Source: Hyaloraphidium curvatum SAG 235-1
Taxonomy: Eukaryota > Fungi > Monoblepharomycota
Reading direction: 5' to 3'
DNA length: 64,000 bases
NCBI GenBank assembly: GCA_025558095.1
Contig: JAIVFI010000027.1
Span: 248,001-312,000, forward strand
Positions 1-12,860 of this stretch are shown piece by piece. Numbering within the stretch: position 1 is the first letter of the stretch; every line of letters begins with the position of its first letter. The notes under the pieces are model-generated. The model searched no databases, was not told where the DNA came from, and saw only the letters and a list, made by a program, of their open reading frames with translations. Both the position numbers and the translations under genes were made by a program.

Positions 1-458
1 ACGGATGCTCCGGTCTTCAGCCGCCAAGTTTGCCGTCGAGCCGCCTTCGCCGTCTCCCACGCCTGTGGTCAGCTCTAGGTCGGGAGGCTTGATGGCTCGA
101 TCGATGGCGCTCCCGCCCCCGCCCAAGCTCCGGCTCAACTTCCTGTCGTTCCCATAACATATCTCTGAACTCTGGCTACGTATCGTTAGTTAGGTCCTAT
201 TGATGTATCTGGTTGACTAGGTTGACTAAAGTGTCTATGCTGCAAGGTGTGCAGCTGCATCCGCAATCCACAAGCTGGATTACGATCGCCGGTACTCTCA
301 AGAGCTATTGCACTTAGCTTTCATTCGGGTTGTCTTCCATTCAGTAGTCCAGGCCGGAGTCAGAGGAGGGCAAGGTCGTGCCTGGGTCGCGCTCGTCGCC
401 ACATTTCCGAGACCCCGAAAAGGCATCCTCCGCTGCCCGAATCGCGCCTGGTGGCACC

Positions 459-3296
459 ATGAGGCAGAAAACTAAGCCGACGCGAGCCGCGGACAACCTC
501 GGCGTCGTGTCGCCGACGGCGCCGGCAGCGGCCGAGGTCCCGGACGTTGCCCGACAGCCGGTGAGCCTCTGCCGCTTTTCGTATCCCACCGGGGTGACTA
601 ACTGTCCATCGCGGCCGCCGCGGCGCAGGATGCGAAGCGAGTGCACGGGTTGTCTGAGAATGTCCCGGCGACGCCCACCGTGACGGACCACTCGGACGAG
701 GACGGGGGACCAAACAAGCGACCGCGCACGGACGAGGCCGCTCCCGGCAGCGCCGCGATGGCATCGCTGGACCGCGTCTCCATGCGAATCGATTTCGATG
801 CCATCGCGTCGCCATCGGCCATCAAGATGGAGTCCCCCGCCGGCGCGATGTCGGCTCCGTATGAGGGGAAGGAGGTCCCGTCAACCCAGTCGTTCCGCGA
901 CAACCCCGAGATGCCCGGCCGGACCTCGCGCTACCGGGAGGATGTGCCCTTCAAGCCGCAGTTCTATCCGCCGAGCTACGATTTGAAGCAGGCGGAAGCC
1001 CGGAGCAGGGTCTTCGGTATCGAGCACGTGCCGGTTCTGCGCCCCACGGTGGAGCAGTTCAACGATCCTCTTTCGTACATCGAGAGCCTTCGGGAGATTG
1101 GCGAGCGATATGGTGCAGTCAAAATTGTTCCCCCTCCTGGTTGGTCGCCTCCGTGTGCCATCGATCCCGAGGTACTGTCAACTCGCCACTACCGTTTCGA
1201 GCTTGCGCTCATTTTGGCTGCCCATGTTTCAGAAATTTCGGGTGGCAACTCGCCTGCAGCGTCTGAACCAGATGAACGGCCGCACCCGGTCCACCGTGAA
1301 CTACATGGAGTCTCTGATGACCTTCCACGAACAGCAGGGACAGGTCTTCACCGACCTGCCGAGCATCAACCAGCGCCCGATTGACCTGTTCAAGCTGAAG
1401 AAGGAAGTCGCTGGCATGGGTGGATTCGATGCCGTAACCCAAGACAAACGTTGGGGCGACATCGGCGCCAAGCTGGGCTTCAACCACTCCCACGCTCCGT
1501 CCCTGGCGAATCAGGTCAAGACTGCGTACCGGAAATGGATTCTGCCTTTCGAGGAGCACATTCAGCGGAGCTTGGCCAATGCCGCGCGAAAGAAGAAGGC
1601 TGCAGAGCAGCAGCGCAGCCAGCGGAGGGAGCGCCGGGCGCGCGACGATGATTCCGACACCGAGCAACCCGCTGATTCTGCAAAGGGGCAATCCGTCGAG
1701 GGCACGCTGTGCAGCGTCTGCGAAGAGGCGTGTGTGGAGACCGGTGCTGCGAGGGATGACACGATCACCTGTGACTGCTGCTCCGGGGTTTACCACATTG
1801 CGTGCCTCGATCCGCCGCCGAAGGTTTGGAGGCAGGACTGGTTCTGCGCAAAGTGTCTTGCCGATAGCGTCGAGAACTTTGGCTTCGAGGACGGTGGCGA
1901 ATACTCTCTTCTCGAGTTTGCGCACACCGCCAACCGCTGGAAGGAGCACTACTTCGACATGGACTTGCCCGGCGGTGGGCCTGCGGGCGTCTCGGAGGAC
2001 GATGTCGAGAGGGAGTTTTGGCGTCTGGTCGAGGATCCGTACAACGAGGTGGAGGTGGAATATGGCGCCGACCTGCACGCGACCATCCACGGAAGCGCGT
2101 TTCCCACGCTCGACAAGCAACCGGACTCTCCCTATGCCAGCCATCCTTTCAACCTCAACAACTTGCCCACCATTGCCCCGTCTCTGCTGTCGCATCTCAA
2201 CGTCAACATCTCCGGCATGATGGTCCCTTGGGTCTACGTGGGACACTGCTTCTCCACGTTCTGCTGGCACGTCGAGGACCACTGGGCCTACGCCGTCAAC
2301 TATGTCCACCTTGGCGAGACCAAGACCTGGTACATTGTTCCGGAATGGGGTGCCGACATGTTTGAGGCCGCAATGCGCCGCGCTGTGCCGGAGCTTTTCG
2401 GTAAGTTTTATTTTGACTGTCTCGCAGCATTTCTGACTTCGTCGACAGAGAAAACTCCGGATCTCCTCTTCCACCTGACGACGATGCTTTCTCCCCAATT
2501 TCTTAAGAAGGAGGGGGTCCCGGTCTACGCAATCGACCAGCGTGCCGGCGAGTTCACGGTGACCTGGCCCCGCGCGTACCACTGCGGATTCAACCACGGG
2601 TTCAACGTTGCCGAGGCCGTCAACTTCGCCCCTCCAGACTGGCTGCCTGCGGGTCGGAAGTGCGTGGAGCGGTACCGCGACTACCAACGCACGCCGGTCT
2701 TCTGCCACGACGAGCTGGTCATCCGCGTGGCCCTGAAGGATTCGCAAGCGTCCGGCATGGACAAGGCCACCTTCAAGTACCTCCAGGCCGAGCTTCAGGC
2801 CGTGCTGAAGAAGGAAGTCGCCCTTCGCAAGATTGTGCAGCAGTGTTATCCGGACGTCCACAGCGAGGAGGATAACCCCTGGGACTCGACGTCTGCCGCC
2901 GTGCGGAAGAAGTCGACCGACGACGACGAAGCCATTCGATGCCACGAATGCCGCTCCTACGTTTACCTGAGCTACGTCGTCTGCGGCAAGGGGCAGCGCT
3001 GCCCGTCCTCTGCCGGTACCGCTCCGGTAACGGCTGTCAAGAAGGAAGGCGACGACCAGAAGGAGAGCAAGCCTCGATATGGGGCTGGTCGTGTTGGACT
3101 CGTGTCTGCGGATCAGATGGCGTCGCAGCGCAAGGTGTGCCTGTCCTGCATTGACAAGGTGCAGTTTGTCCTAGCTTCCTCGTCGCTCTCGTGCTGACAA
3201 GCTTCTGTTCAGCTGTGCTCGTGCCACGTACCCGTGCTCCACATGGCCCTTTCTAACCGCCAGATCACGGCTCTATCGAAGAAGTTCGGGCTGTGA
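459..3296 (+). CDS. KDM5: KDM5/JARID1-family H3K4 demethylase (JmjN-ARID-PHD-JmjC-C5HC2), spliced
   Basis: ATG 459; intron 561-628 (gtgagc...gactaac...cag) joins in frame to ORF 641. JmjN (VPVLRPTVEQFNDPLSYIESL..YGAVKIVPP), ARID (IDLFKLKKEV..GGFDAV..KRW), PHD (CSVC..CDCC..YHIAC..WFCAKC), JmjC with Fe ligands WHVEDH/YHCG, C5HC2 finger. Last exon 3213-3296. Confidence 0.95.
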
Positions 3297-3454
3297 GACG
3301 GAGACGGGTAAGGGAACTCTCTATTCCCGAGTTGGAGTGAAGTGTGCTCGCGTCTTCGCGTGCTCTGTGTCGATTTAGCAGCCGTAGTTCTAGCCTACAC
3401 TTATGTCTATGAGAGCAAAGATTCAGGATCCTCGTTGCACTTTCGATCTCTTGC

Positions 3455-4162
3455 CTACTCGGGAGCGGCTGCGCTACTAGCGCTCCCATCTAGCTCAAAC
3501 CCAAGCCAATCCAATTTTCCATTGGCATCGGCGTCCGCAATCCACCCCGGGAGATGTTCCGTCTCGAACGTTTGCGCCGACCAATCGTCCGGCAAAAGCT
3601 CGACGCTGTCGTCCAAAATCCAGACATACGTGATCGCCTCGATCGGATCTGATCCGGAAACGTCCACGACAACCGTTCGTCGTTCATACTCCTGCGTTTG
3701 ACGATCACTCCCTGTCCTGACTTGCCAACGCGGACAAGGCCCACGCACCACTTCTTCCCAGTCGTCCAACCAGAACATGTGGCTCTCCGGAACCCATCGC
3801 AACACCCCTTCCACGGATCTAGGATTTGCATTCGCTCTGTCCACGATCAAGGCAGGGTACTTTCGATCTCGAACACAGCAGCGGCGGTATCCTCGAAGAA
3901 CCGCCTTCTGTGATCGCGGCACCTCCGTGACCTTCACTGCACCCTGGGACACGACTCTAAGATAAACTGCGGGTGCGTCGGGAAGGCAGAATGGTGGAAA
4001 CGAGCGTCAGAATGGGTGCTCTGGGGCTCATTGCAGATTCACCACTGTCGAACATCAGCGTGCCGTCTGGGGTGCGAATCGCGGTGTCAGAACGGCTTCG
4101 AATGGAGCAATGAGCGTAGAAAGCTCACAGAAAAAGCAAGGGAGTAGCACGTCTTCCGCCAT
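3455..4162 (-). CDS. AIG2-like / gamma-glutamylcyclotransferase family protein
   Basis: Spliced N-terminus MAEDVLLPCFF|YGTLMFDS|VYLRVV gives the FFYGTLM motif; also AVLRGYRR..YPAL, VEGVL, LDDWE..EYER, AITYVW. Confidence 0.88.
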
Positions 4163-4345
4163 GTCGCAGTTGCAAGTCGCGTTGTTGACCACGGCGGGAA
4201 TTAACAATGGACGATCTTGACGAGCGCTCTCACAAGAGGCCCATGCAATTCTCGCTGGACCGGCATCCCAGCTCGATGCAGGCAGCATGAAGCACATTCA
4301 TTGAGACGGACGCAGATTGGCGTTTTCCGGGGTGCGCTGGTGGCG

Positions 4346-7300
4346 ATGGGCGATGCGGGGCCCAGCAGACTTGCGTTGCCGGTCGAAGGACACAGGAGAG
4401 ATACGCGGCCGTCGCACAGGCTGCCTTCACTCCTGCCGGCAACGTTCTCTCGTTCTGCATTGTCCTTGCGACCGCCCAATATGGGCAGGTCGGCATCGTA
4501 TTTGGACCACGACACGTCTGCCTGGCCGCCATGGAAGGAACGCTGGCTTGTCTTCGACTCGGACGCCCAGGAAGACGAGTACCGCGCGAACAGGATGGTT
4601 CCTGCGTACTATAAGCTCTTTGGGATTGGGAGTCTAATGACTGGGCTGGTCATCTGCATCGACGTCGGCAGGGAATGGAGCTTGGGACGTGCCTCCGTCG
4701 CGAGGATAACCGTGTCCCTGCTGGCGATCGTGGCCTATCTCGCCGTTGTGCTCCACGTATCTCTGACTAGTCCCGAGTCTTTTTCAAAGCTGGGGCATAA
4801 GGGCAGAAGGCAGCGGTTCCTGTTCCGGCACGCGCTCGGCATTTGGCTCGGCGTAGCGATGCTCCTCCAGTGCTTACGTACGTTGGGATTTCCGGGTGCC
4901 TTCGCGTCGGGGCAACAAGTCTGAGGCTGCCGTGCTTCCGCAGCCGAGTATCTGAATTCAGCAAAGTCGCATATGCCCGGCGGCTCGACGATCCCATCCA
5001 CCTTGGGCGGCTACATGCCATCGTTCTTCATCCTAGTTATAGCAGACTATACCGGTAACTCCTCTTCGGCTCATCTCGGAGTGCCACTAATAGCTTCTTT
5101 CAGGCAACGGCCTGCTTCTTCCGTGGAATGTGCTACTCGGTGGAGTTGCGCTCGTTCTTTCACTCGGCTTTTCATTGTGGACGGGCAACGGGAGCTTTTG
5201 GGAAAGTGAGCTCCGTCCTACCGCGTTTTCTGGTCTTTCTCATTGCGCCTTTGTCCAGCATTTGTGCATTTGTCACCCACGATATCCGCAGTCATTATCG
5301 CCTGGCCGTCGTACTACACCAATGACCGGCTGCAGCGACTCACTTACCTGAACTGGATCAAGCTGGAGCTGAAGCGGACGGAGTCCGTGGAGGCGAAGAG
5401 CCGGCTGGACAACCAACTGACTCTCATGTTCCCTCCGGCGATCCTCCCAGCGCTTCGCGCGGATTTTGAGTCGGTTCGTGGCGTTGCTCGAGCGCCCCTT
5501 TGTCCCGTTGAGCTCACACCTTCTGCTAGGGCAATCACGGCGTCATAGCCAAAAGCATCAAGTCTGCAGCCGTCATGTTTGTCGAGTTTGGGTCGAAGCA
5601 GCTCAAGAACATCATGCTCTCCTCCAACGTCGACGAGGCCGCGCGTGCCGTCAAGATTCTGAATTGCGTGTTCAGCGAAGGTTCGCACGACGATTTCTCC
5701 ACTACCTTTGATACTGACGGAAGCTATTCTAAGTTGATAGCCTCCTGATGCAACCCGAGTTCCAGCAGGTCCACAAGATAAAGACCCTCGGCTCGAAGTT
5801 GCTACTCGCCGGCGGACTCTTTTCCTCCTGGACCAAGGGGAGCAACGAGCCCCGCCCCGTCTCGCGGCGCGACTCTGTGCGATCGAGCACGGTGCCGGAC
5901 CTCGTCAAGTGCCTCCACGCTCTGTACATAAGGCTCTACAGCAAGAACGTCGAGATCGTCGACCTGCTCGACGTCAGGGCGGGCATGCACGTCGGCCCGC
6001 TCGTGGTGGGCATCGTGGGCAACACGAGGTTTTACTTCGACGTCTATGGAGGTAGGTCGTCGTTCCACGCCATATTCGATCCTGCTAACCGCTCTGATGC
6101 AGATACGATCAATGTTTCCGCGCGGCTGCTGGATCTGACCAAGCCGGGAGAGTTGGCTTTCGGGGAAGCCGTGTATGGCCTGCTGCAGCCGCTCTTCTTG
6201 GAGTCTCGTTGTTTAGGCGTGCAGCAGATCAAGGGCAAGGGGCAGATGGAGGTGAGAGATTCGTTTCTGACGCGCCAGTGCCTTCTAAGTTTCTCAACGC
6301 CAGATTTATGTTTCGGACATTGAGAGCCAGGGGCGAAAGCCTTCGTTGGCATTGACTTTGGACCCGGAACCGGAGCAGGGCCTCCGAATCGGTAACGTGA
6401 CCGCATTCGGGGATGACGTCGCCTTTTGCGACTTTTCCATCTTCGAGTTTGCCGGTAAGCTGCGATCGCGCACCGTGGGTCTCCCAGCCCGGCTCGCCAG
6501 CCGCATCCGCGTGCTCGGCTGGAGCGCCCTGCGCCGCCTCCGCAAGGTGGTTTCTGGGGGCGGGTCGACCTGGGCCGACTCCAAGTCGGCCTACACCCGC
6601 GACACCATCCTCACCATGCCCGCCGAGCAGTACATCGGCCACCTGGGGAGCTACCTGCGCCGGATCCCCGCGGCCGAGGTGCGGCCGGTGTTGCTGGGGG
6701 AGATGAGCGGGTGGCTGCTCAAGTTCCGCAACTCGGACCTGGAGGGCATCTACTGCTCGGCAAAGATCCACGCCTCGCACCGGTCTGTGCTGCTGACGGC
6801 GCTGCTGGGCCTGCTGGCGTCGGCAAACCAGGTGTTTGCGGCGTTTTGCCACCTCGTGTCGGACGGGCGGACGCTCGAGTCGATTTTGGCGTCCGTCGAG
6901 GGCGGCGTGTTCACCGTGGAGGAGCTGGCCGTCATCTGGGTGGTGCTCGGGGTGGGTCTGCAGCTCCTCGGGCTCTTTTGGATCTGGATCGGGGCGCACC
7001 TCGGGACGGAAGCGCCGGCCGCCCTCTCGGGGAACAACGTCTGCGATCTGTCACGTCGACCGGACGACTGGAGCCCCGCCGGAGCCGGGAGCCCCCGATC
7101 GCCGGAAGCGCAGGCCGCCGCCGCCGCGCGCGCCAAAAAGGAGCAGCGAATGATGTCCCTCGTGCGCACGCTGGTGCTCGTCTGCTCCGGGTTGGGCTTT
7201 GCGCTCGTCCACATGGGTTCCCTCTCCTTCGCCGACCTCGACACCAACTACGGCTACCTGGCGGCCACCATGCAGCTCGTCGCCTTCTTCTGCGTCACCA

Positions 7301-8520
7301 TCCCCATGGCCGGCGGCATCGTCTTTGGCGAGTGGCAGTGCGTGCTCGCGTACCTGCTCGTGGTCGGGTGCCTGGCCTGGGCGGCGGCGGTGGGGCGGTG
7401 CAACGCGTTCGAGGGGATGCAGGCGGCGCTGCTGGCCAGCGTGTCGGTGGTCACGTCGGCCATCAACAAGCGCGTGGAGAGGGAGGATTTCCTGATGCAG
7501 GTGGTGTCGGCCAAGCATTCGATCATGACGTCGGCGGAGAACGAGAGGTCGCTGAGGTTTCTCGAGTGCCTGGTGCCGGCGCACGTCGTGCCGAGCCTGC
7601 TCTCGGTGCCGCGCAAGGACGTGGTGGAGAGGCTGGACAACGAGACGGTCATTTTCATGGTGGGTCGTTCTGTTCGCGGGCCTTGAAGGCTAACGACAGC
7701 AAACAAAATCAAACGTACATCCCGACACTCTGCTGCTTTCAGGATATTTGCGGTGGGCATTTGCTTGTCGCGGAGTTTCTTTCACCCTCTGACTTTGGAT
7801 TGCAGGCTTCACGAAGCTGTCGTCGATGATGGAGCCCTACGCCGTCATCCGCATGCTCAACGCCATCTTCTACGAGTTCGACCAGATCATACAGCAGGCC
7901 GGCTGCCACATGCAGAAGATCACCACGATCGGTGGGTCTTTCCGTGCATCCGCACTTGGGTTTGCGATCGATCTCTGGCCGCAGGCGATGCGTACGTGGC
8001 GTGCACGCTGACCAAGCCCGGAGCTCCCGAAACCGGCGGCGATTCTGACGGCGACGCCACCGCCGGCATCCATGCCGTCCGGAGCGCCGCCGAATCTGCC
8101 CTCCTGTGCGCGCGCACTGCGCTGGCGATGCAGGACAAGCTCGCGGAGCTGCACACCTTTTCCTGGTTCGTCAACCTGCTCCGCGGCAACACTGTGATGA
8201 TCCGGATGGGCCTGCACACGGCCGACGTGCTGGGCACGGTGCTGGGCAGCCGGTACGAGCTGGTGGGCACTGGGGTGGCGGTCGCCGAGAAGGTGCAGGA
8301 GGGGTGCAGCCCCGGCGGGGTGGCGGTCTCGGAGCGGACGTGGGAGCTGCTGCTGTCGCTGGGCGAGGGGGAGCTGCGCAGGAGGGGAGTACAGGGGCGG
8401 GCGAGCGGGAGGTTCGTGGCGACGGGGGGGGCGATCCGGGTGGTGGGGGAGCGGGCCGAGGGGGAGCCGTGCCTGGAGTGCTTCGAACTCACGCGGACGA
8501 GGGGCGGCGAGTACTACTGA
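4346..8520 (+). CDS. Membrane class III nucleotide cyclase with two TM clusters and two catalytic domains (probable adenylyl cyclase); start codon uncertain
   Basis: Hydrophobic blocks at ~4600-5300 and ~6780-7460. Cyclase domain 1: HKIKTLGSKLLLAGGL..RAGMHVGPLVVGIVG..FDVYG|DTINVSAR..IKGKGQME. Domain 2: IFM|DICG|FTKLSS..KITTI|GDAY..RMGLHTADVLG. Confidence 0.88.
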
Positions 8521-8647
8521 ATGTCTGTGTCGCGGATCGGTGGTCGTGCAGGGAATGAAGCTTGATTCGAGGTTGGCAGGTGCTGATTATAGCGGCCTCG
8601 ACGGAACCGCTAGGCAAACACGACCTTGCACCCCGAATTGCCCGGCG

Positions 8648-10028
8648 ATGGCGGAGACACCTGCCCCGGCCCGAGGCGGCGCGTTCTCGCTCGTCGAGAC
8701 GCCGCCGACGTACAATCTGCGGAACCGGCTTGCGCCGCGCGAGGACCCACTTGTCGGCGACACGCCGACGTACAACCTGCGGTCGCGCACGGTCGCGCGC
8801 GACTCGCCGACGCTCGGCAGCCGGCTCGCCGAGATCGCGGCCGAGGGCGACGACGGGCCGGAGGGAACGGGCGCTGAGAGCCGGGCGCAGTGGGCGCGCG
8901 CGCGGTGGGCGGACGCCGCGGCGGCGGCCGGCCCGGTGCTGCGCCGCGTCCGCGACGAGGGCAAGCGCGCCGCCCGCCGCTTTGCGCGCTGGTGGGCCGC
9001 CACCGGCTGGGCGCTCAAGGCCGCCGTAGCGTGCTGGGCCGTCGCGCTGCTGCTCGCGCTGTTTGCCGCAGACGCCCCAAAGAAGCAGCCAGACCTGCTC
9101 GGCCGCCTGAAGGAGGTCGACGCCGCCCGCGCCGTGCCCGACGTGGTGCTGCAGTGCGACGCGCCCGGCGACGGAAGAGTGCAGCTGCAGGTCGTTGACG
9201 CCGCGCCGGCCGCGGATGTCGGCGGGGAGCTGCTGCTGGTGGCCGTCAAGAACGCTTCCAAGCCGGACGCCGCGGCTGCCTCCCCCTTGGGCCAGATCGC
9301 CGTGCCGGTCGCCCAGATGCCCGAGGAGCAGTTTTACGATGCCGCAGAGCACCCCGCAGAGGACCTGCCGGCCACCAACTCGACCGCCACGCAGACGAAG
9401 CCCCTGCCCGTCCCGCGCACGCCCCTGGACCAGACGCTCTGGACCGTCGTGGACGCCAGCCAATCCTCCCAGACCTTCCACCTGCGCCCGCCCGGCTTCT
9501 TCTCCGGCTGGATGGCGAAGCTGCTCGAGTGGGCGACCGGGGACGGCCTGACGGTTGCTACGGGCGGCGAGCCCGACACCGTCGTCGCGCCCCTCGACGA
9601 ATCGGCACCGCAGTGCTGGGCCATGGCAGGTGGGCATCCTCCCTCGTCAATCCCGTCGCGACGACCTAACCGCGCTCCCCTGGTTCGCAGGAGACAAGGG
9701 CCGCGTCACTTTCCGCCTCGCCAAGCCCCTCCTGGTCTCCTCCTTCTCGGTCCGCCACCGGCCCCCCGCATCGCACGGCAAGCGTTCCCTCCCCCGCATC
9801 GTCTCGTTCCACCGCGCCCGCGCGCCCGGCGCTGCCGAGTCCGAGGGCGACTTCCTCGCCTCGGCGCACCTGGACCCCGACGCCCAGGGCGAAGCAACAG
9901 TGCTCGAGGCGCGCAACAACGCGACGGCGCTGGACGGGTTCGAGATGCGGGTGCATGCAAACTGGGGAAACCCCAGCTACACCTGCGTGTACCAGGTGCA
10001 GGTGTGGGGCGTCGAGGCCGATGCCTAG
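8648..10028 (+). CDS. Divergent SUN-domain (Sad1/UNC-84) protein
   Basis: One TM segment (WALKAAVACWAVALLLALFAA). C-terminal QCWAMA|GDKGRVTFRLAKPL..FSVRH..MRVHANWGNPSYTCVYQVQVWG is the SUN signature. Intron ~9630-9690. Confidence 0.85.
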
Positions 10029-10197
10029 TGCGTGGCGGATGAGCTAGGCGGACCGTGCGTCAGAGAGAGGCCAGAGGACACAAATTCGAGATACCGGACC
10101 CGCGAGGGCAAACCAGATCAGCGCGATTGTTTTTCGTCTTCGTGTCATACAAAGCACGCGGCCCGGCGCCGCGATCATACCGTTCCCGCCCGTTCCC

Positions 10198-12604
10198 TCA
10201 GTGCTCCGCCCCGTGCACCCGCAGCCGGTACACGCACGTGTACTCCGGGTTCCCCCAGTTGCTCGCGATCCGGAACCGCACCCACCGCGCCCCCCTGCTC
10301 CCCACGCGCTTCAGCTCCGCATGCAGCCTCTCGAGCGCATCTGCATCGGCCTCGAACGTCTTGCGCACGCCGTCCGCGCCGGGATCGTACTCGGTCCGCG
10401 CGAGCAGCACCGCGCCCTCGGTCGAGGACGGGTCGGAGCGCAGCCCGGCGCGCAGGGCGGCGAGGTCGTACACGGCGTAGGCCTCGATCGAGCGGGGGGT
10501 GGAGCGGGAGCTGCGTTCCCAGCCCACGGCGACGTCGCGCGGGACGTTGTCGACGGTGAAGGCGGTCGGCACGATCGGGGCCGCGAGGGTGATGGTGATG
10601 TACCCGCTCGATCCTATGACGGGGGGTAAGCGCGCTTGTCGATCACACTTTGCAGAAGGAGCCTACCGTTCATGGCCCAGCACTCGCCCATCCCGTTGCC
10701 CTTGCTGATGGCCTCGGTCGGCGGCCTGCCCTCGGCGATGCCGACGCCCAGCAGACGCGACAGCAGCCCGCTGACGGGCTTGCTCGGCGTCCGCTCGTAC
10801 GACGGCGACGTCAGGTCGTGCAGCACCTTGGCCCCCGCCGACGCGAGCGCGTAGTCGGCCCGGCCGATCCCGTCCGCGGCAAAGGTGCGCAGCTTCTCGT
10901 CCACCAGCCGCGCCAGCTCCTCGGCCGATGCCGCGGGAGCGCCGCCGGCCGCGGAACCGGGGGAGCCGGCGAACCGTGCGAGCTCCTCGCGCACGAGCTC
11001 GAGGACCTCCTCGCGGCCGAGCACCGCGGCTCCGCGTGCCGCACGCACGTCCGACGAGGCGTCGGCCACCGCGCGGCGCACGTAGTCCTGCAGCGCGATC
11101 TCGTTGGCCTCGAGGAACTGCTCCCAGTTTGCCGGGGCGGCCGATTCCGCCCCCTCGGCGCCGGCCGGCTGCGAGCCCGCAGGGCCCGACACGGCCAGCC
11201 GGTCCCTGATGGCCTTGATCAGCCTCGGGTTGACCGATATCTCCCCCGTCGCGGGATCCCGCTTGGCCGCCAGCATGGGCGGCACCAGCTCTTCCACCGC
11301 GCGCCGCACGATCCCGTCCACGTCCGAGCGCAGCGACGCCACGGACCCCCTCACGCCGCGGATCGTCGCATCCGCCGCGTCCTCCCGCGCCGCGAGCGTT
11401 TTCAGCGCCGCCTGGAGCTTGCCCAGCTCCTCCAGCACCCCGGCCAGTTCCTCCCGCGACGCCGCCTCGCCCTTGAGCCGCTCCTCGAGCTCGGCGAGCC
11501 TCGCCGACGCATCCGAGGGGGCCAGGGACGCCAGCGCCGCGCCCAGAGAGCCGCGGGCGGCGCCCAGCGCGTCGACCGATGCCTTCCACGCGCGTTCGGC
11601 GGCGTCCCGCGCGCCGCCGGCGGCGCCCGCCGCGCCCTCCTTGGCCGCGCCATACGCCCCCGCGGCGCGCTCGGCGGCGGCGGACGAGAGCTCCGCCGCG
11701 CGCAAGGACGCGGATTCCCATCCCCCGCGGAGCGACGCCGCGGCCGCGTCCCACGATTTGGACGCGCGCTCAGCGTAGGGGGAGAGGTCGGGGAGGTTCA
11801 CGTCCGGGAGGGCCACCTCGGGCATGCGCGAGCGCAGGTCCGCGGTGAACGCAGAGAGGGCCTCGGGGTGGGCGTGCTGCGCGTACATGTAGCCGGAGCC
11901 GAGGCCGAGGGCGGTCAGGGTGAGGAGGGCCAGGGGGAGGGGGGAGCGGCGGGCGGGGGCTTTGCCTGTGCGTTCAATAATCGACCTCAACGCTCAGAAA
12001 CATTGCTTTCCGAGCAAGCGCCGCCTGCAACGCACCTTTGCCCTTTGTTGGCTTGGCTTTCTCGGCCGCGATCTTGGGCCCCTCGACGACGGGCACGGCC
12101 GGCCTGGCGACCACTTCCTCCACGTCCACCTCCTCGACCAGCTCCTCGACGATCACGCCGTCGTCCTCGTCGTCGTCCGCGTCTTCAAAGATGAGCTGCG
12201 GCGCCGGCTTGGCGGGCGCCTTGGCCGGGGAGCGGCGCGGCGAGGGTGCCGAGGGGCGCGGGCCGCCAGCGGGCGGCGGGAGCGAGTCGGAGCCGTCCTT
12301 TTCGCTCAGCTCGGCCTGATCGAAAGATAAGGATCCGAGGATCGGGATCGCCGGCGAATTAATCCTTTGCGTGCTCGGGCCTTGGTTGGGGACGCACCAT
12401 GAGCTCGGTGTTTAGGAACTGCCTGGGCTGCTTGCGCCGCGGCGGCTCGTCGTCGTCGAGGGGCACCACCGACGAGGTGACCGAGGCCACGGACGGCGTG
12501 GCCGAGCCCTCGCGTGCCGAGCGGCGCGCGCGCGGAGCCGGCTTGGGCGCGTCGGCCGGCTCGCGGGACCGCGCGGGGCGGCGCGGGGCGGGCGCCGTCG
12601 ACAT
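10198..12604 (-). CDS. Canonical Sad1/UNC-84 SUN-domain protein
   Basis: Basic N-terminus, TM (LPLALLTLTALGLGSGYMY), coiled coil, then DYALASAGAKV..TSPSY..GECWAMNG..FTVDNVP..RFRIASNWGNPEYTCVYRLRVHG. Confidence 0.93.
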
Positions 12605-12860
12605 CTCCGGACCTCGGATAGCGAGGAAAGGGAGACTCTCTAGGTGTCTAGCCCGAAAACAGTATCAGCAGGACGGTGTTGACTGAGCGAAGAACAGGCA
12701 CCGTGCGGCGGAAGAAGTCCTGCAGAGGAAACCAGCGCGAACCAGCGCGCCCGATTCGACTTCGCCTGCCCGTCGCCGTCGCCGCAGCCCGCCTGCCGCC
12801 GCCTCAGACCTCCCAGCAACCCGTCCCGCCCCGCGCCCCGCGCCGCCGCCCCCCGCCGCG

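Noticed and set aside
1209-2945. Long antisense ORFs (also 10650-12194, 25872-27203, 44810-46447)
   Set aside because: Shadow frames of real GC3-rich genes on the opposite strand.
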